In this document: in pieces, positions 1 through 9,700 of the stretch
Position numbering within the stretch: the stretch's first letter is position 1
Layout: every line of letters begins with the position of its first letter
DNA from: Promethearchaeia archaeon
GTDB taxonomy: Archaea; Asgardarchaeota; Lokiarchaeia; Sigyniarchaeales; SOKP01
Assembly (NCBI GenBank): GCA_029856045.1
Contig: JAHQWG010000047.1
Location: 64,001-128,000, forward strand
Reading direction: 5' to 3'
Length of the DNA stretch: 64,000 nt
Notes under the pieces: generated by a model
The model's database searches: none
Told to the model about the DNA's origin: nothing
The model's input: the letters and a program-made list of their open reading frames with translations, nothing else
Program-made: the position numbers and the translations under genes

Positions 1-176
1 TTTCGCGTAAAAGTAGATATATCTGCAAATGAAGGATCCATTCGCTCCCACAATCCTGTGCCGGGACTGCGAAAATCTGGAATACCGCTTTCTGTGGACA
101 TCCCCGCTCCAGTAAGCGCTAATATATTTTCTGATTCAAGTATTAATTCAGCAAATTTTTGAAATTTTTCTTTCAT
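1..176 (-). CDS. cobB: Sir2-family NAD-dependent protein deacylase (5' part; runs off window start)
   Basis: Not in ORF track. Manual translation from ATG at 176 gives MKEKFQKFAELILESENILALTGAGMSTESGIPDFRSPGTGLW, the sirtuin GAGxSxxSGIPDFR motif. Confidence 0.92.
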   Translation of the reverse strand, partial: MKEKFQKFAELILESENILALTGAGMSTESGIPDFRSPGTGLWERMDPSFADISTFTR

Positions 177-259
177 TTCTTTTCAATACAATTCTTTTGG
201 AATTTAATTTTATTATATTTGTTAATATCTTAAATAAATATTGATATAATGAATAAGGT

Positions 260-2749
260 TTAAATTTTAAAAGTTCGAATTTTCCATGGATTAATTTTAT
301 CTATTCGATTTTTTTTAGATTTTATTTCATTGTAATTAAAATTGATTTCTCTTAGTTGTTTTCTAACTAATGCTCCTTCAAATTGGATATTATTTTGTTT
401 ATCACTGGGATTAAATATACGTAAATAGGAATTATTTTTCCGTCTCCATAAGTTAATAAGTTTAACCGGTTGGTTTATTGTAAGAAATGACATAGATTTC
501 TTTTCAAATTTATAATTATTATTAATTCTTATCCCCAATAATCTAAATTGAAATGAATTTGTATAGTTTAAGGCAGAATGTAATTCATCCCCATTAGTAA
601 TTGATAAAGCAAATTCAAATCTTCCCTTAGAAGTTAAAAAATTACGTATTTTGAAATTATGACGGTCAATATGGAATTTCTGACTATTTTTTTGCATGAA
701 AATAATGCCTTCATTTTTTCCTTTTAACCATAGAAAGTCAAGCGCCTTAATATTTGTTCTTTTTGTCTCTTCGATACCAAATGGATAATTAATAAAAACT
801 TTTGAAATCTTAATTTTGGGAATAAGTATTATTTCTCTTAATAAATTAGAATCCAAATTGAATTCAAGTCTATTCACACCGTTATATTGAATAAGTTCAA
901 TTTGGAAAGTTTTTTCATCCAATTCTCCGGTCAATATGAATTTTTCTTCAATGTTATCTTTATAATGCTTCTTTATTGATAGGTTGTAATCAAATTTTGA
1001 TTGAAATTTCAATTCACATACATTTTTATCCTTATATTTTATCTCAATTGTTTTATGATCTTCCAGAATTTTCACTATATAAGAATAAACTGTATTTGGT
1101 TTAGAGATTTTAGCATTTTGTTGAGTTAATGAATATATCTTGAAACCTATTCCTGGGATTTCAGCCATAAATTTTAAGGTAGAATTTTGATATTGAAAGG
1201 GAATTTCTTCATTATCTTCAATAAGTCTCATTTTGGAAGGATTTTCTAACCATAATTGAATTGAAAAGGCATCTCGTCTCGGAATTGCCGTCGGGTTGAA
1301 TATTAGAAAACTGATATTATTGTTTTTAATAACTTTAGTTTTTGAGCCCAATTTTTCTGCTAATTTAGAAAGAGCCTCACGAGAATAATCTCTACATCGA
1401 TTTTGGATTTCATTCTGTAATTTAAGACTTAATTCAGAAATTGAAATTTTATCATATTCTATCTCCAATTTATGTAATTCTTCACGACTCAATTGTTGCG
1501 CAGAATAGTCTCCTGATCGTATAAATGGAACCGCATAATTATCATGGGCTTGAGTAAGTAATAGTTTCTTCCACAAATCATCAAAAAAAAAATCACTTGA
1601 TGTTTCATTATATAACCCCAAAATGCAATTTAAAATCTCGGCAGATAATAAACTAATCTCACATTTTTTATTATTAAGGAATAGTTCATTTGAAACAAAG
1701 ATACTATCTGCTAATACGAAATTATCCCGGAGAAATTTGAACTCTCCATCCTTTTCAATTTTTTGAAAAAATTCAGAACATGAAATAAATTTTCCAAATA
1801 TCTCAGAAAATCTCGAAATCCTCCAAATCTCTTCTTGATAAGGTTGTGGCATAATAAAATCCTCAATGGAAGAATATACAATGGAATTCATGAATGGACG
1901 AGAAACAGATTGAAATAAAAGATTTGGGATTTCTTTAAAAAATGTTCCATGCCAATATTCTCCATTAAAAACTCCAGACTGCTCTGTGATTGTATTTATT
2001 TTAGTATTGTCTAAACCAATCCAATCGATATTTCCAGAGGGGGTAGTAGGATTTAATCCAATAAGCCGCGTCCTTAAAGAACCAAATTCAATTTCAAATC
2101 CTTTTAAAATTTGAGGGATTTGAGGATATATCGAACTTTCTGAACAATAATAAATCTTGCAATCTAATCCCAATTGTTTTAATACATTTAATCCGTATTC
2201 GAATTGCTTAATATTCGACTCCGCACCAATGATTAAACTGTATGGTTGTGAAAAAGTAGGATTAATTATCTCAAACCTACCGAGTTTAAATAATCTTAAA
2301 AATTCTGAGATTTTTTCGGGATATTTTTTATTCAACCATTCCAAACAACTTATTGCAATTTCAATATGATAGGGCATATTGGTCTTAATTGCGAGTTCCA
2401 TTTTTTCTAACAAGCGATTTATTGCAAATTTTGGAGAGTCAAATTCACAAAAACCAAGATCATTGATTATTACACCTCCATGACCTCCAATAATGAAAAA
2501 TAATTCTGGATGGAATTCTCGCTTGACAATTAACTTTAATTTTCTTAAAATGATTTTAAATAAATTATATTTCGATTCATTATCTTTATCTTTTAAACAT
2601 TTTAATTGATTTACTTTTTCTTTAATATTCTTAAAATTAATTTTATACTTCTTAATTGGATTCTTATTGGAAAAATCTTTAATTAAATTAATAACTCTGT
2701 CAAGGGCTAAAATATCTTCAATATCTATTTTTGAATTGTTACTTTTCAT
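260..2749 (-). CDS. GH38/GH57-like glycoside hydrolase (alpha-mannosidase-like architecture)
   Basis: GRFEII..QP..IGAES..Q, PQIPQIL, WIGLD, middle-domain QAHD and FNP beta-sandwich start. Confidence 0.7.
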   Translation of the reverse strand: MKSNNSKIDIEDILALDRVINLIKDFSNKNPIKKYKINFKNIKEKVNQLKCLKDKDNESKYNLFKIILRKLKLIVKREFHPELFFIIGGHGGVIINDLGFCEFDSPKFAINRLLEKMELAIKTNMPYHIEIAISCLEWLNKKYPEKISEFLRLFKLGRFEIINPTFSQPYSLIIGAESNIKQFEYGLNVLKQLGLDCKIYYCSESSIYPQIPQILKGFEIEFGSLRTRLIGLNPTTPSGNIDWIGLDNTKINTITEQSGVFNGEYWHGTFFKEIPNLLFQSVSRPFMNSIVYSSIEDFIMPQPYQEEIWRISRFSEIFGKFISCSEFFQKIEKDGEFKFLRDNFVLADSIFVSNELFLNNKKCEISLLSAEILNCILGLYNETSSDFFFDDLWKKLLLTQAHDNYAVPFIRSGDYSAQQLSREELHKLEIEYDKISISELSLKLQNEIQNRCRDYSREALSKLAEKLGSKTKVIKNNNISFLIFNPTAIPRRDAFSIQLWLENPSKMRLIEDNEEIPFQYQNSTLKFMAEIPGIGFKIYSLTQQNAKISKPNTVYSYIVKILEDHKTIEIKYKDKNVCELKFQSKFDYNLSIKKHYKDNIEEKFILTGELDEKTFQIELIQYNGVNRLEFNLDSNLLREIILIPKIKISKVFINYPFGIEETKRTNIKALDFLWLKGKNEGIIFMQKNSQKFHIDRHNFKIRNFLTSKGRFEFALSITNGDELHSALNYTNSFQFRLLGIRINNNYKFEKKSMSFLTINQPVKLINLWRRKNNSYLRIFNPSDKQNNIQFEGALVRKQLREINFNYNEIKSKKNRIDKINPWKIRTFKI

Positions 2750-2820
2750 TAGATAATAATAGAGAAATCAATTTTAAAAAACTTGATAATAAAAAAATAG
2801 GAGGAGGGGAAAAAAAAATA

Positions 2821-3276
2821 TCAGATTTCATATTCAAGAGGTATAATTGCATGTTCTGGGCAAAGTGTTTCGCATTTTAAACAACCCTTACACTTACCAA
2901 CCACTTTATAATTAAATTTTATTATTTCAGTTTCATTACCATTAACTTTTGCCTTTCCAAGATAAAATAAGTTATTAGGACAAAATGAGCCATCATCTTT
3001 TAAGCATTCCTTACACATTGTGCATTTATGATGATCTATTTTAATAGTAAGTACTTGGTTGGACGTTGTTACAGAAGTGATAACAATTGCATTCCTTGGA
3101 CAAACTTGAACACATGTTAAACAACCTTTGCACTTAGTATAATCTATGTGTCTTAGGCTATTTTCAAAATAAATAGCATTATTTTTGCAAGCTCTCAAAC
3201 ATCGTTCGCATCTTATGCATAAATCGGGATCAATTTGAACAGGGATAAACTTCTCTTTAAACATTTCCTTAATCAA
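2821..3276 (-). CDS. Polyferredoxin (multiple 4Fe-4S)
   Basis: Repeated CxxCxxCxxxC(P) motifs; likely start is ATG 3264. Confidence 0.9.
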   Translation of the reverse strand: MIKEMFKEKFIPVQIDPDLCIRCERCLRACKNNAIYFENSLRHIDYTKCKGCLTCVQVCPRNAIVITSVTTSNQVLTIKIDHHKCTMCKECLKDDGSFCPNNLFYLGKAKVNGNETEIIKFNYKVVGKCKGCLKCETLCPEHAIIPLEYEI

Positions 3277-3664
3277 CCTTGAAATTCTGAATAAACCGTT
3301 TCATTTGGCTATACCACTCTTCTAAAAGGGTATTAAATCTTTTCTTAATCTGTTTTTTATCGATGGTATCATAAAGATATAAATAACCACTTTTCCTATT
3401 ATTTTTCTTCGATTTTTTATTTAATTCTTTAATAGAAATTGGTTCACGTAGAATTAATTCCAAATTTATAAGGTTTTGTAAAGCCCTTTGAATTGTACTT
3501 CTATCTTTCTTTAGGTTTTGAGCTATTTCTAATGTTTCTGAGGCATGATTTTCAATTAGATAATATAAAACCTCAATCTCAACCTGATTTAAACCTAATG
3601 TGCATTTGAATAAATCTTTATTTGAAAAATTTCCACGTTTTAGAAGTTGGTTTAAATTTTCCAA
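3269..3664 (-). CDS. Archaeal wHTH transcriptional regulator (TrmB/MarR-like)
   Basis: CTLGL..EIAQNLKKDRSTIQRALQNL...GYLYLY, typical of this HTH family. Confidence 0.8.
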   Translation of the reverse strand: MENLNQLLKRGNFSNKDLFKCTLGLNQVEIEVLYYLIENHASETLEIAQNLKKDRSTIQRALQNLINLELILREPISIKELNKKSKKNNRKSGYLYLYDTIDKKQIKKRFNTLLEEWYSQMKRFIQNFKVD

Positions 3665-3685
3665 AATCTTATCTCCTCAGATTTT

Positions 3686-4093
3686 TTATGATTTAAACCT
3701 CAGAAGGAGTTCTTTCATTTTTTCATAAGGTAATGCTCCTTTTAATTGATTAATCATTTTTCCACCTTTTAAGAAAACTGTCGTAGGAACCACGGCAATA
3801 GCAAATTGCATAGCAATATCCCGAGCTTCATCAACATCAACATTGGCAAAAATAAAATCGTTTCCTAATTCTGTTTGAAGTTTTTCGAAAATAGGAGAAA
3901 ACCATTGGCATGGACCGCACCAAACTGCCGAACAATCTATTATTATAACTGTATTAGGATATTTATTTGCTAAGTTTTCCAATTCAGAGGAGTTTTTAAG
4001 ATGTAGAACATCTCGTGGCATTTGCGGCATAATAAGCATTTCTTTTAATAATTTTTCCTTTTTTCTACGAATATCAATCAAATTTTCATCCAT
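3686..4093 (-). CDS. trxA: Thioredoxin
   Basis: WCGPC active site and VPT cis-Pro motif. Confidence 0.93.
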   Translation of the reverse strand: MDENLIDIRRKKEKLLKEMLIMPQMPRDVLHLKNSSELENLANKYPNTVIIIDCSAVWCGPCQWFSPIFEKLQTELGNDFIFANVDVDEARDIAMQFAIAVVPTTVFLKGGKMINQLKGALPYEKMKELLLRFKS

Positions 4094-4130
4094 TTTATAT
4101 CATCTTAATAATTTTATTTTTAATTGTGGT

Positions 4131-4155
4131 AATTATGCGAACAATATACATAATT
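4131..4155. promoter_or_regulatory. Candidate operator palindrome upstream of the trxA-regulator-ferredoxin operon
   Basis: AATTATG-N11-CATAATT, about 40 bp upstream of the trxA start. Confidence 0.35.
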
Positions 4156-4505
4156 TAATTTTTATTCTTATAAATTATAAAAAATTAATACTTAAAATTT
4201 AACCAAAAAAATTTTCATGCCATCATTTAATTTAAGATTTTTCAAATTTTATAATGCAAGCAAGGCAATACATTTTATATAATGATTTTTCTCCTTTTTT
4301 TTACTTTTGTAATGATTTTAATACCTCTATCGTCTTGCATTCTTCTAAAAACCGATAAAATTTCACCTCAAATATAAGAATCAAATTTTACTTCTTATAA
4401 TTTAATTAAAACAGGAATTGATTCTATATTATATAACGATAATTGTTTGTAAGGCTTAAAAATTAATAGTAAGATTTAAAGTGTAATCTAGCCCATATTT
4501 ATATT

Positions 4506-4799
4506 ATGCCTATATATATACTTGCAACCAAACTTCAACATCCTGACCTAGTTAAGAAAAGGAAAGAACAGGGTGAAAAGTGGTTAAAGCTAGTCAGAGA
4601 AAAAGTTCCAGATATTAAATGGATCGCACATTATGCTATATTAGGTCCTTATGACTTTCTTGATATTTTTGAAGTGATAGATGAAAAAGAAGCTGCAAAA
4701 GTTTCGCTACTTTCCCGTTCTGCGGGGGCTACTTTCGCAGAAAGTTGGACGGCTATTGCATACAGAGAATTTCTTGAATTAGCTGAGGACTTGAAATAA
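4506..4799 (+). CDS. GYD domain protein
   Basis: LGPYDFLDIFE motif, 97 aa. Confidence 0.85.
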   Translation: MPIYILATKLQHPDLVKKRKEQGEKWLKLVREKVPDIKWIAHYAILGPYDFLDIFEVIDEKEAAKVSLLSRSAGATFAESWTAIAYREFLELAEDLK

Positions 4800-4878
4800 A
4801 AAAACATTAATAGCGCGAATGTGTTTAGTAATAAAGGTAATCTTATTTTGAAACAATTAAAGCGAGTTTGTTTGTAAT

Positions 4879-5643
4879 ATGGAAAATTTCATATTTGCTC
4901 TAATATTAACGACTATTGCTGGTTTATCAACCACAATTGGTAGTGTAATTGCGATTTTTTTTAAGGAACCCGGTCCAAAATTTATTACAATCTCTATGGG
5001 CTTTTCCGCTGGAGTAATGATTCTCGTATCTTTTGTTGAACTATTACAGCAAGGTATAGATTCCTTAGGATTTTTTAATGGACATCTATGGTTTTTTATT
5101 GGAATGATAGCTATGTTTGCAATTGATTTGGGGATTTCACATAAATATGAATTTGAAGATTCTTATAAAAAAGAGGAAATTGAAAAAAGAGAACCTAAAT
5201 TAGAAAAAACCTCACTATTAGTTTGCCTTGGTATTTTTATCCATAACTTTCCAGAAGGAATGGCTACATTTGCGGGTACATTAAAAGATGTTGAAATAGG
5301 GATTTTATTGGCGGTCGCTATTGCACTTCATAATATTCCGGAAGGAATAGCAGTGGCAGTTCCTGTTTATCAATCAACAAAAAGCAGTAAAAAAGCTTTT
5401 TTATGGTCCTTTTTCTCTGGAGTTAGTGAACCTATAGGTGCTCTAATTGCAGGATTAATACTTTTGCCTTTTTTGAATGATTTCATATTAGGAGTAATGT
5501 TATCTATTGTTGGAGGATTTATGGTGTTTATTTCATTGGATGAATTACTACCCGTTTCTCGTTCGTTTGGTAAAGAACATCTCTCAATTTTAGGAATTAT
5601 TGCAGGAATGATTGTAATGGCATTGAGTTTATCATTATTATAG
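4879..5643 (+). CDS. zupT: ZIP-family zinc transporter ZupT
   Basis: HNFPEG and HNIPEG motifs, multiple TM helices. Confidence 0.92.
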   Translation: MENFIFALILTTIAGLSTTIGSVIAIFFKEPGPKFITISMGFSAGVMILVSFVELLQQGIDSLGFFNGHLWFFIGMIAMFAIDLGISHKYEFEDSYKKEEIEKREPKLEKTSLLVCLGIFIHNFPEGMATFAGTLKDVEIGILLAVAIALHNIPEGIAVAVPVYQSTKSSKKAFLWSFFSGVSEPIGALIAGLILLPFLNDFILGVMLSIVGGFMVFISLDELLPVSRSFGKEHLSILGIIAGMIVMALSLSLL

Positions 5644-5687
5644 GGGGAAAAAGTAGTAATTTAATATGAAAACATATTGGAATGAAT

Positions 5688-6836
5688 TTAATAAAAAGGG
5701 AATGCATTTCTTGCTTGTGCCTGATCTTTTAGATATTTTCGTTTAATTTCTTTATTAATAAGCCCTTCAATTTTACATAAATACTCATATTCATCCTTTA
5801 AACAGAGGGTAATTGCTGTTCCTTTTTTACTCATGCGAGATGTTCTTCCTATCCGATGTACATAGTTTTCCGAGTACTTTGGTAAATCATAATTTATAAC
5901 ATGAGAAATATTTTCAATATCTAAACCTCTTGCAGCCACATCAGTAGCGATGAGCATATTAATCTTATGAGATTTAAATTCTTTTAAGATTTTTTCTCGC
6001 TGAAATTGGGATAAATCACCGGATAATAATCCGATTTTATACCATGTTTTCTTTCTATTTAATTTATTAAACAGCCAAGATGCTGTTTTTTTTGTATTGA
6101 CAAATAAAAGAACATTTTTGGGGTTTTCTTTTTTTAAAATTTGAAGAAAAGTGCTAAATTTTTGTTCAAATAAATCAATTAAATAAAAAAATTGTCTGGT
6201 ACTTCTTACAGTTAGGTCATCTCTACTTAAATTAAGAAATGTAAATTTATTTCTTGTATATTTTTTAACTAACTCTCTTATATCATAATCTAATGTGGCT
6301 GAGAATAACATAAATTGATATTTAGTTTTAATTAAGCTTAAGATGTATTTAATGTCCGGTGCAAATCCCATATCCCAGAGCCTGTCTCCTTCATCTAAAA
6401 CCACAAATTTAATATTATTAAAATTTATTTTACCTCTTTTGTAGAGATCAATGAGTCTTCCGGGTGTTGCAATGATTATATGGATACCTTGCTCCAATTT
6501 TCTTATCTGATTAGTAATTGAAACTCCACCATATATAGGTAAAGATTTTACTCTATTATCTCTCAAATCATTTATTACTTCATAAACTTGTTTTGCAAGT
6601 TCGCGTGTGGGTACTAAAATTAGACATTCATTATTATGAAACTTTAATTTTTCCACAATTGGAATAACATATGCTAAGGTCTTTCCCGTTCCAGTCTTGG
6701 CTTGAGCCATTATATTATGATTCTCTAGAATTAAAGGAATAGCTTTTTCTTGAACTGGTGTTGGTGATGTAATATTCATATTGCTTTTTAAAGCATTAAT
6801 ACGTTCTACGCTAATATCTAATTCTTCGAAATTCAC
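5688..6836 (-). CDS. DEAD-box RNA helicase (motif II = DEGD)
   Basis: Q motif, AKTGTGKT, PTRELA, DEGD, SAT, ARGLD, HRIGRTSR. Confidence 0.95.
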   Translation of the reverse strand: MNFEELDISVERINALKSNMNITSPTPVQEKAIPLILENHNIMAQAKTGTGKTLAYVIPIVEKLKFHNNECLILVPTRELAKQVYEVINDLRDNRVKSLPIYGGVSITNQIRKLEQGIHIIIATPGRLIDLYKRGKINFNNIKFVVLDEGDRLWDMGFAPDIKYILSLIKTKYQFMLFSATLDYDIRELVKKYTRNKFTFLNLSRDDLTVRSTRQFFYLIDLFEQKFSTFLQILKKENPKNVLLFVNTKKTASWLFNKLNRKKTWYKIGLLSGDLSQFQREKILKEFKSHKINMLIATDVAARGLDIENISHVINYDLPKYSENYVHRIGRTSRMSKKGTAITLCLKDEYEYLCKIEGLINKEIKRKYLKDQAQARNAFPFY

Positions 6837-7066
6837 TGAAATTCACTTTCAAAGTTTGCTTTTTTCATCATTTGTTAAATAAAAAAATATTTCATAATTA
6901 TTAAACTCTTGCAAATTCAATTTTAGAGATACTTCAGGAAATATTTGCAACGCTAATTGAATTTTCTAATTTTTAAAAATTATTTTTTTTTCTCGCTATT
7001 AAGTAAATAAAATTTAATTTAATTTACAAGGATAAAAACAAGGTTTCTATAAAAAAATTGAATTAA

Positions 7067-8230
7067 TTAATCAGTAAAATATAAATGTTCATCAAATCCT
7101 GTTTCAGCAGTTAGATCTTGCCCTAACTTCTGGATTCGCTCTTTTGTTGGATTTGCAAGAAGCCTATTCATAATTTTTATAACTTTTTCTAATTTTCTTT
7201 CAGAAAATTCTTCTACAATTCTGTCATACCGACCGAATGGAATTCCCGCAGTATACACTCCTGCTTGGGACCTTGTTGCTTGGGAGGAAACTTGCCAATG
7301 TTCTACTTTTACATCAATATTTTCTAAATAGTAGGATAATTTAAACCATTCCAACAATAAATTGAATCTTTTACTCTTTCGATTAAAATTTTTTAAAATA
7401 TTATTAATTCGATTTAATCTATCTGGATGGATTTCGTGAAAAATTGATTCTTGATCTTCTGTAAGTGAATCTTTAGCTTTTTCTTTAATTAATTTCATTA
7501 TTTCCTCAACTTTTTTTGCTCGCTCCTCAGTAATTTCGGGAACTTGCCTTCGTAGATCTTGAGGGGAAAATTCTAATGTGTCATCAGCCCCTCCTACACC
7601 TTCAGATAGACCTTGTCCTATCGTTTCACCTGGAGATGTTCTTTGAGGTTGCGAAGGTTGAGAATAAATAGTTTTTTCTGGTAATGAAAATAATGTATCC
7701 AAGTTTTTTGGATCTTCACCTGCTTCTTTAATTCTTTGTTCTATTTCTTCATGTGGGTATCCCATTTCTCTAAGATAAAATCGAATATTTTGTAGTGTAT
7801 TATCAAAAGAAATCTGTTGCTGATTAAGAGAACCTCCAAATTCTTTCTCCAAGAATTCATCTGCAATTTGATTTATTTTTTCAGAAACAATATCTTCCAT
7901 TTTTAAAATCTCAATTTTTTCAAGAATGTATTTGACTTGTTCTTCGGTTAAATATGATAATTCACCTAATGGCCCTACAAGATAAGAAATTTTATTTAAT
8001 TTATTTAAAAAATTAACAAAATCTTGGTTTGATATCCCTTTTAATTTATGAAAAAAGAATTCTAAAAATTTTTTATCAAAACCTACAATATGTTCTAATG
8101 TATCAAGGGGAAGTATGGTCAAATATTTTTCAAGATTCTCCCCTTGTAGATGATCTGGTAATTGAATACCTAGAACCAATACATTATCTTTTATCATATA
8201 AATATAATCGGATTTTTCCATATTAAACAA
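7067..8230 (-). CDS. Hypothetical protein with UBA-like segment and low-complexity linker
   Basis: 387-aa ORF; LREMGYPHEEIEQRIKEAGED followed by a P/Q/S/G-rich linker. Confidence 0.7.
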   Translation of the reverse strand: MFNMEKSDYIYMIKDNVLVLGIQLPDHLQGENLEKYLTILPLDTLEHIVGFDKKFLEFFFHKLKGISNQDFVNFLNKLNKISYLVGPLGELSYLTEEQVKYILEKIEILKMEDIVSEKINQIADEFLEKEFGGSLNQQQISFDNTLQNIRFYLREMGYPHEEIEQRIKEAGEDPKNLDTLFSLPEKTIYSQPSQPQRTSPGETIGQGLSEGVGGADDTLEFSPQDLRRQVPEITEERAKKVEEIMKLIKEKAKDSLTEDQESIFHEIHPDRLNRINNILKNFNRKSKRFNLLLEWFKLSYYLENIDVKVEHWQVSSQATRSQAGVYTAGIPFGRYDRIVEEFSERKLEKVIKIMNRLLANPTKERIQKLGQDLTAETGFDEHLYFTD

Positions 8231-8341
8231 AAAAATTAATTTACGATTGGTTTAGTTACAATAGTAATTTGTTTTCAAAATTAAAATTTTCACTACTCAA
8301 TTCCCATTTATAAATTCTTCAAATATAAAAGAATAGTAAGA

Positions 8342-8824
8342 GTGAAAAATACTGTGAGAAAAAAAAAGAAATTAACAACATATGACACACGAAAATATCC
8401 TGTTAGACCTCATATTGGCGTAGGTATTCTCTTAGTTAGGGATGATAATTTATTATTAGTTAAAAGAAAATTTGATCCTGATGCAGGATATTGGAGTATT
8501 CCAGGGGGTCATTTGGAGCTAGGAGAGAGGACTCAGCATGCAGCAGAAAGGGAAGGTTTTGAAGAAACTGGTTTTAAGGTTAAAGTAACAAAATTAGCTG
8601 GAATAATTGATAAAATAATGTATGATGAGAATAACAGAATAGAATATCATTATGTACTAATCAATTATTTTGTCGAACAAGTTGAGGGAGATTTTTCTCA
8701 ACCTCCAAAAGCATCTTCTGACGCTTTAGAAGCTAAATTTGTTCCATTTGAGGAATTGAATAAATATCAATTGACTGATTCTTTAATCGAACTTTTAAAA
8801 CAGTTAAAAATTGGGTTCGACTAA
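8342..8824 (+). CDS. Nudix hydrolase
   Basis: Nudix box GGHLELGE..AAEREGFEETG. Confidence 0.93.
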   Translation: MKNTVRKKKKLTTYDTRKYPVRPHIGVGILLVRDDNLLLVKRKFDPDAGYWSIPGGHLELGERTQHAAEREGFEETGFKVKVTKLAGIIDKIMYDENNRIEYHYVLINYFVEQVEGDFSQPPKASSDALEAKFVPFEELNKYQLTDSLIELLKQLKIGFD

Positions 8825-9013
8825 GTAAGTTATGTGGAAAAAAAAGATTAAGTATAATATTTTTGAAATAGAGAATACTTCTTTTTTGGAAAATTTCTTC
8901 TGATTTTTATTTGAAAGCTATAATTCTTTTTATAAATATGTAAAAATTTAAATACGAAAATATCGAATTATCGATCTGGTAGAATCTAAATTATTAAAAA
9001 AAAAAACTATTAA

Positions 9014-9349
9014 ATGAGGTTTAAGAAAATGCCAATTGTTATTACAACTTTTGCATATCCGAGTCACAAACAAAATGAAATTGTGAAAAGATATCTTCAA
9101 GTAAGAAAAAAATATCCCTTGGATGAATCTCTCGGAGAAAACGTTGCATCGCCTGTAAAAGTAACTACAGATGGAATAAGAGTTTTAAACATTATAATTG
9201 TAAAAGAAGGGAAACTTGAAGAAGTTTTAAAAAATCGACAAAAGGATAACCAACAGTACATGGACATAGAGGGATTTGAATTTTCATTTGAAGTTTGGAG
9301 TACATTCGAAGAAGCCTTAGGAATAGTAGGATTAGAAATACCAGAGTAG
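9014..9349 (+). CDS. Small hypothetical protein (likely start ATG 9029)
   Basis: Clean ORF with GAGG before MPIVITT and a T-rich tract downstream. Confidence 0.7.
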   Translation: MRFKKMPIVITTFAYPSHKQNEIVKRYLQVRKKYPLDESLGENVASPVKVTTDGIRVLNIIIVKEGKLEEVLKNRQKDNQQYMDIEGFEFSFEVWSTFEEALGIVGLEIPE

Positions 9350-9700
9350 TCAAAAAACAACAAAAATCTTTCAAATTCTTTTTTTTTTTTGTCTGGTTTA
9401 ATTTGATTTTTTTTGCAACTATTCTTATGCGATTCTTCAAAAGAAGATAAAGAACTTTATAGATGGATAAGTTGAATTTCTGTTTTAACTGCAACTTAAC
9501 ATATTATTTTGAAAATAAAAATTCCAATTATTAAAAAACTTAAAAATACTCAAATAGAGATTATTTTTTTTATAAAAATTGAAAAAGGAATTACATTTTA
9601 ATAAAAAATAAGAATAATAATCAAATATCCATATTTATATTTATATTCTTAAGAATTGTTTAATTTATTACATTATAATAGCACTCTTTAAAGATTTTTT

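Noticed and set aside
9350-9700. TPP riboswitch upstream of thiC
   Set aside because: No GCUGAGA-type core or GC-rich stems; the region is nearly pure AT.
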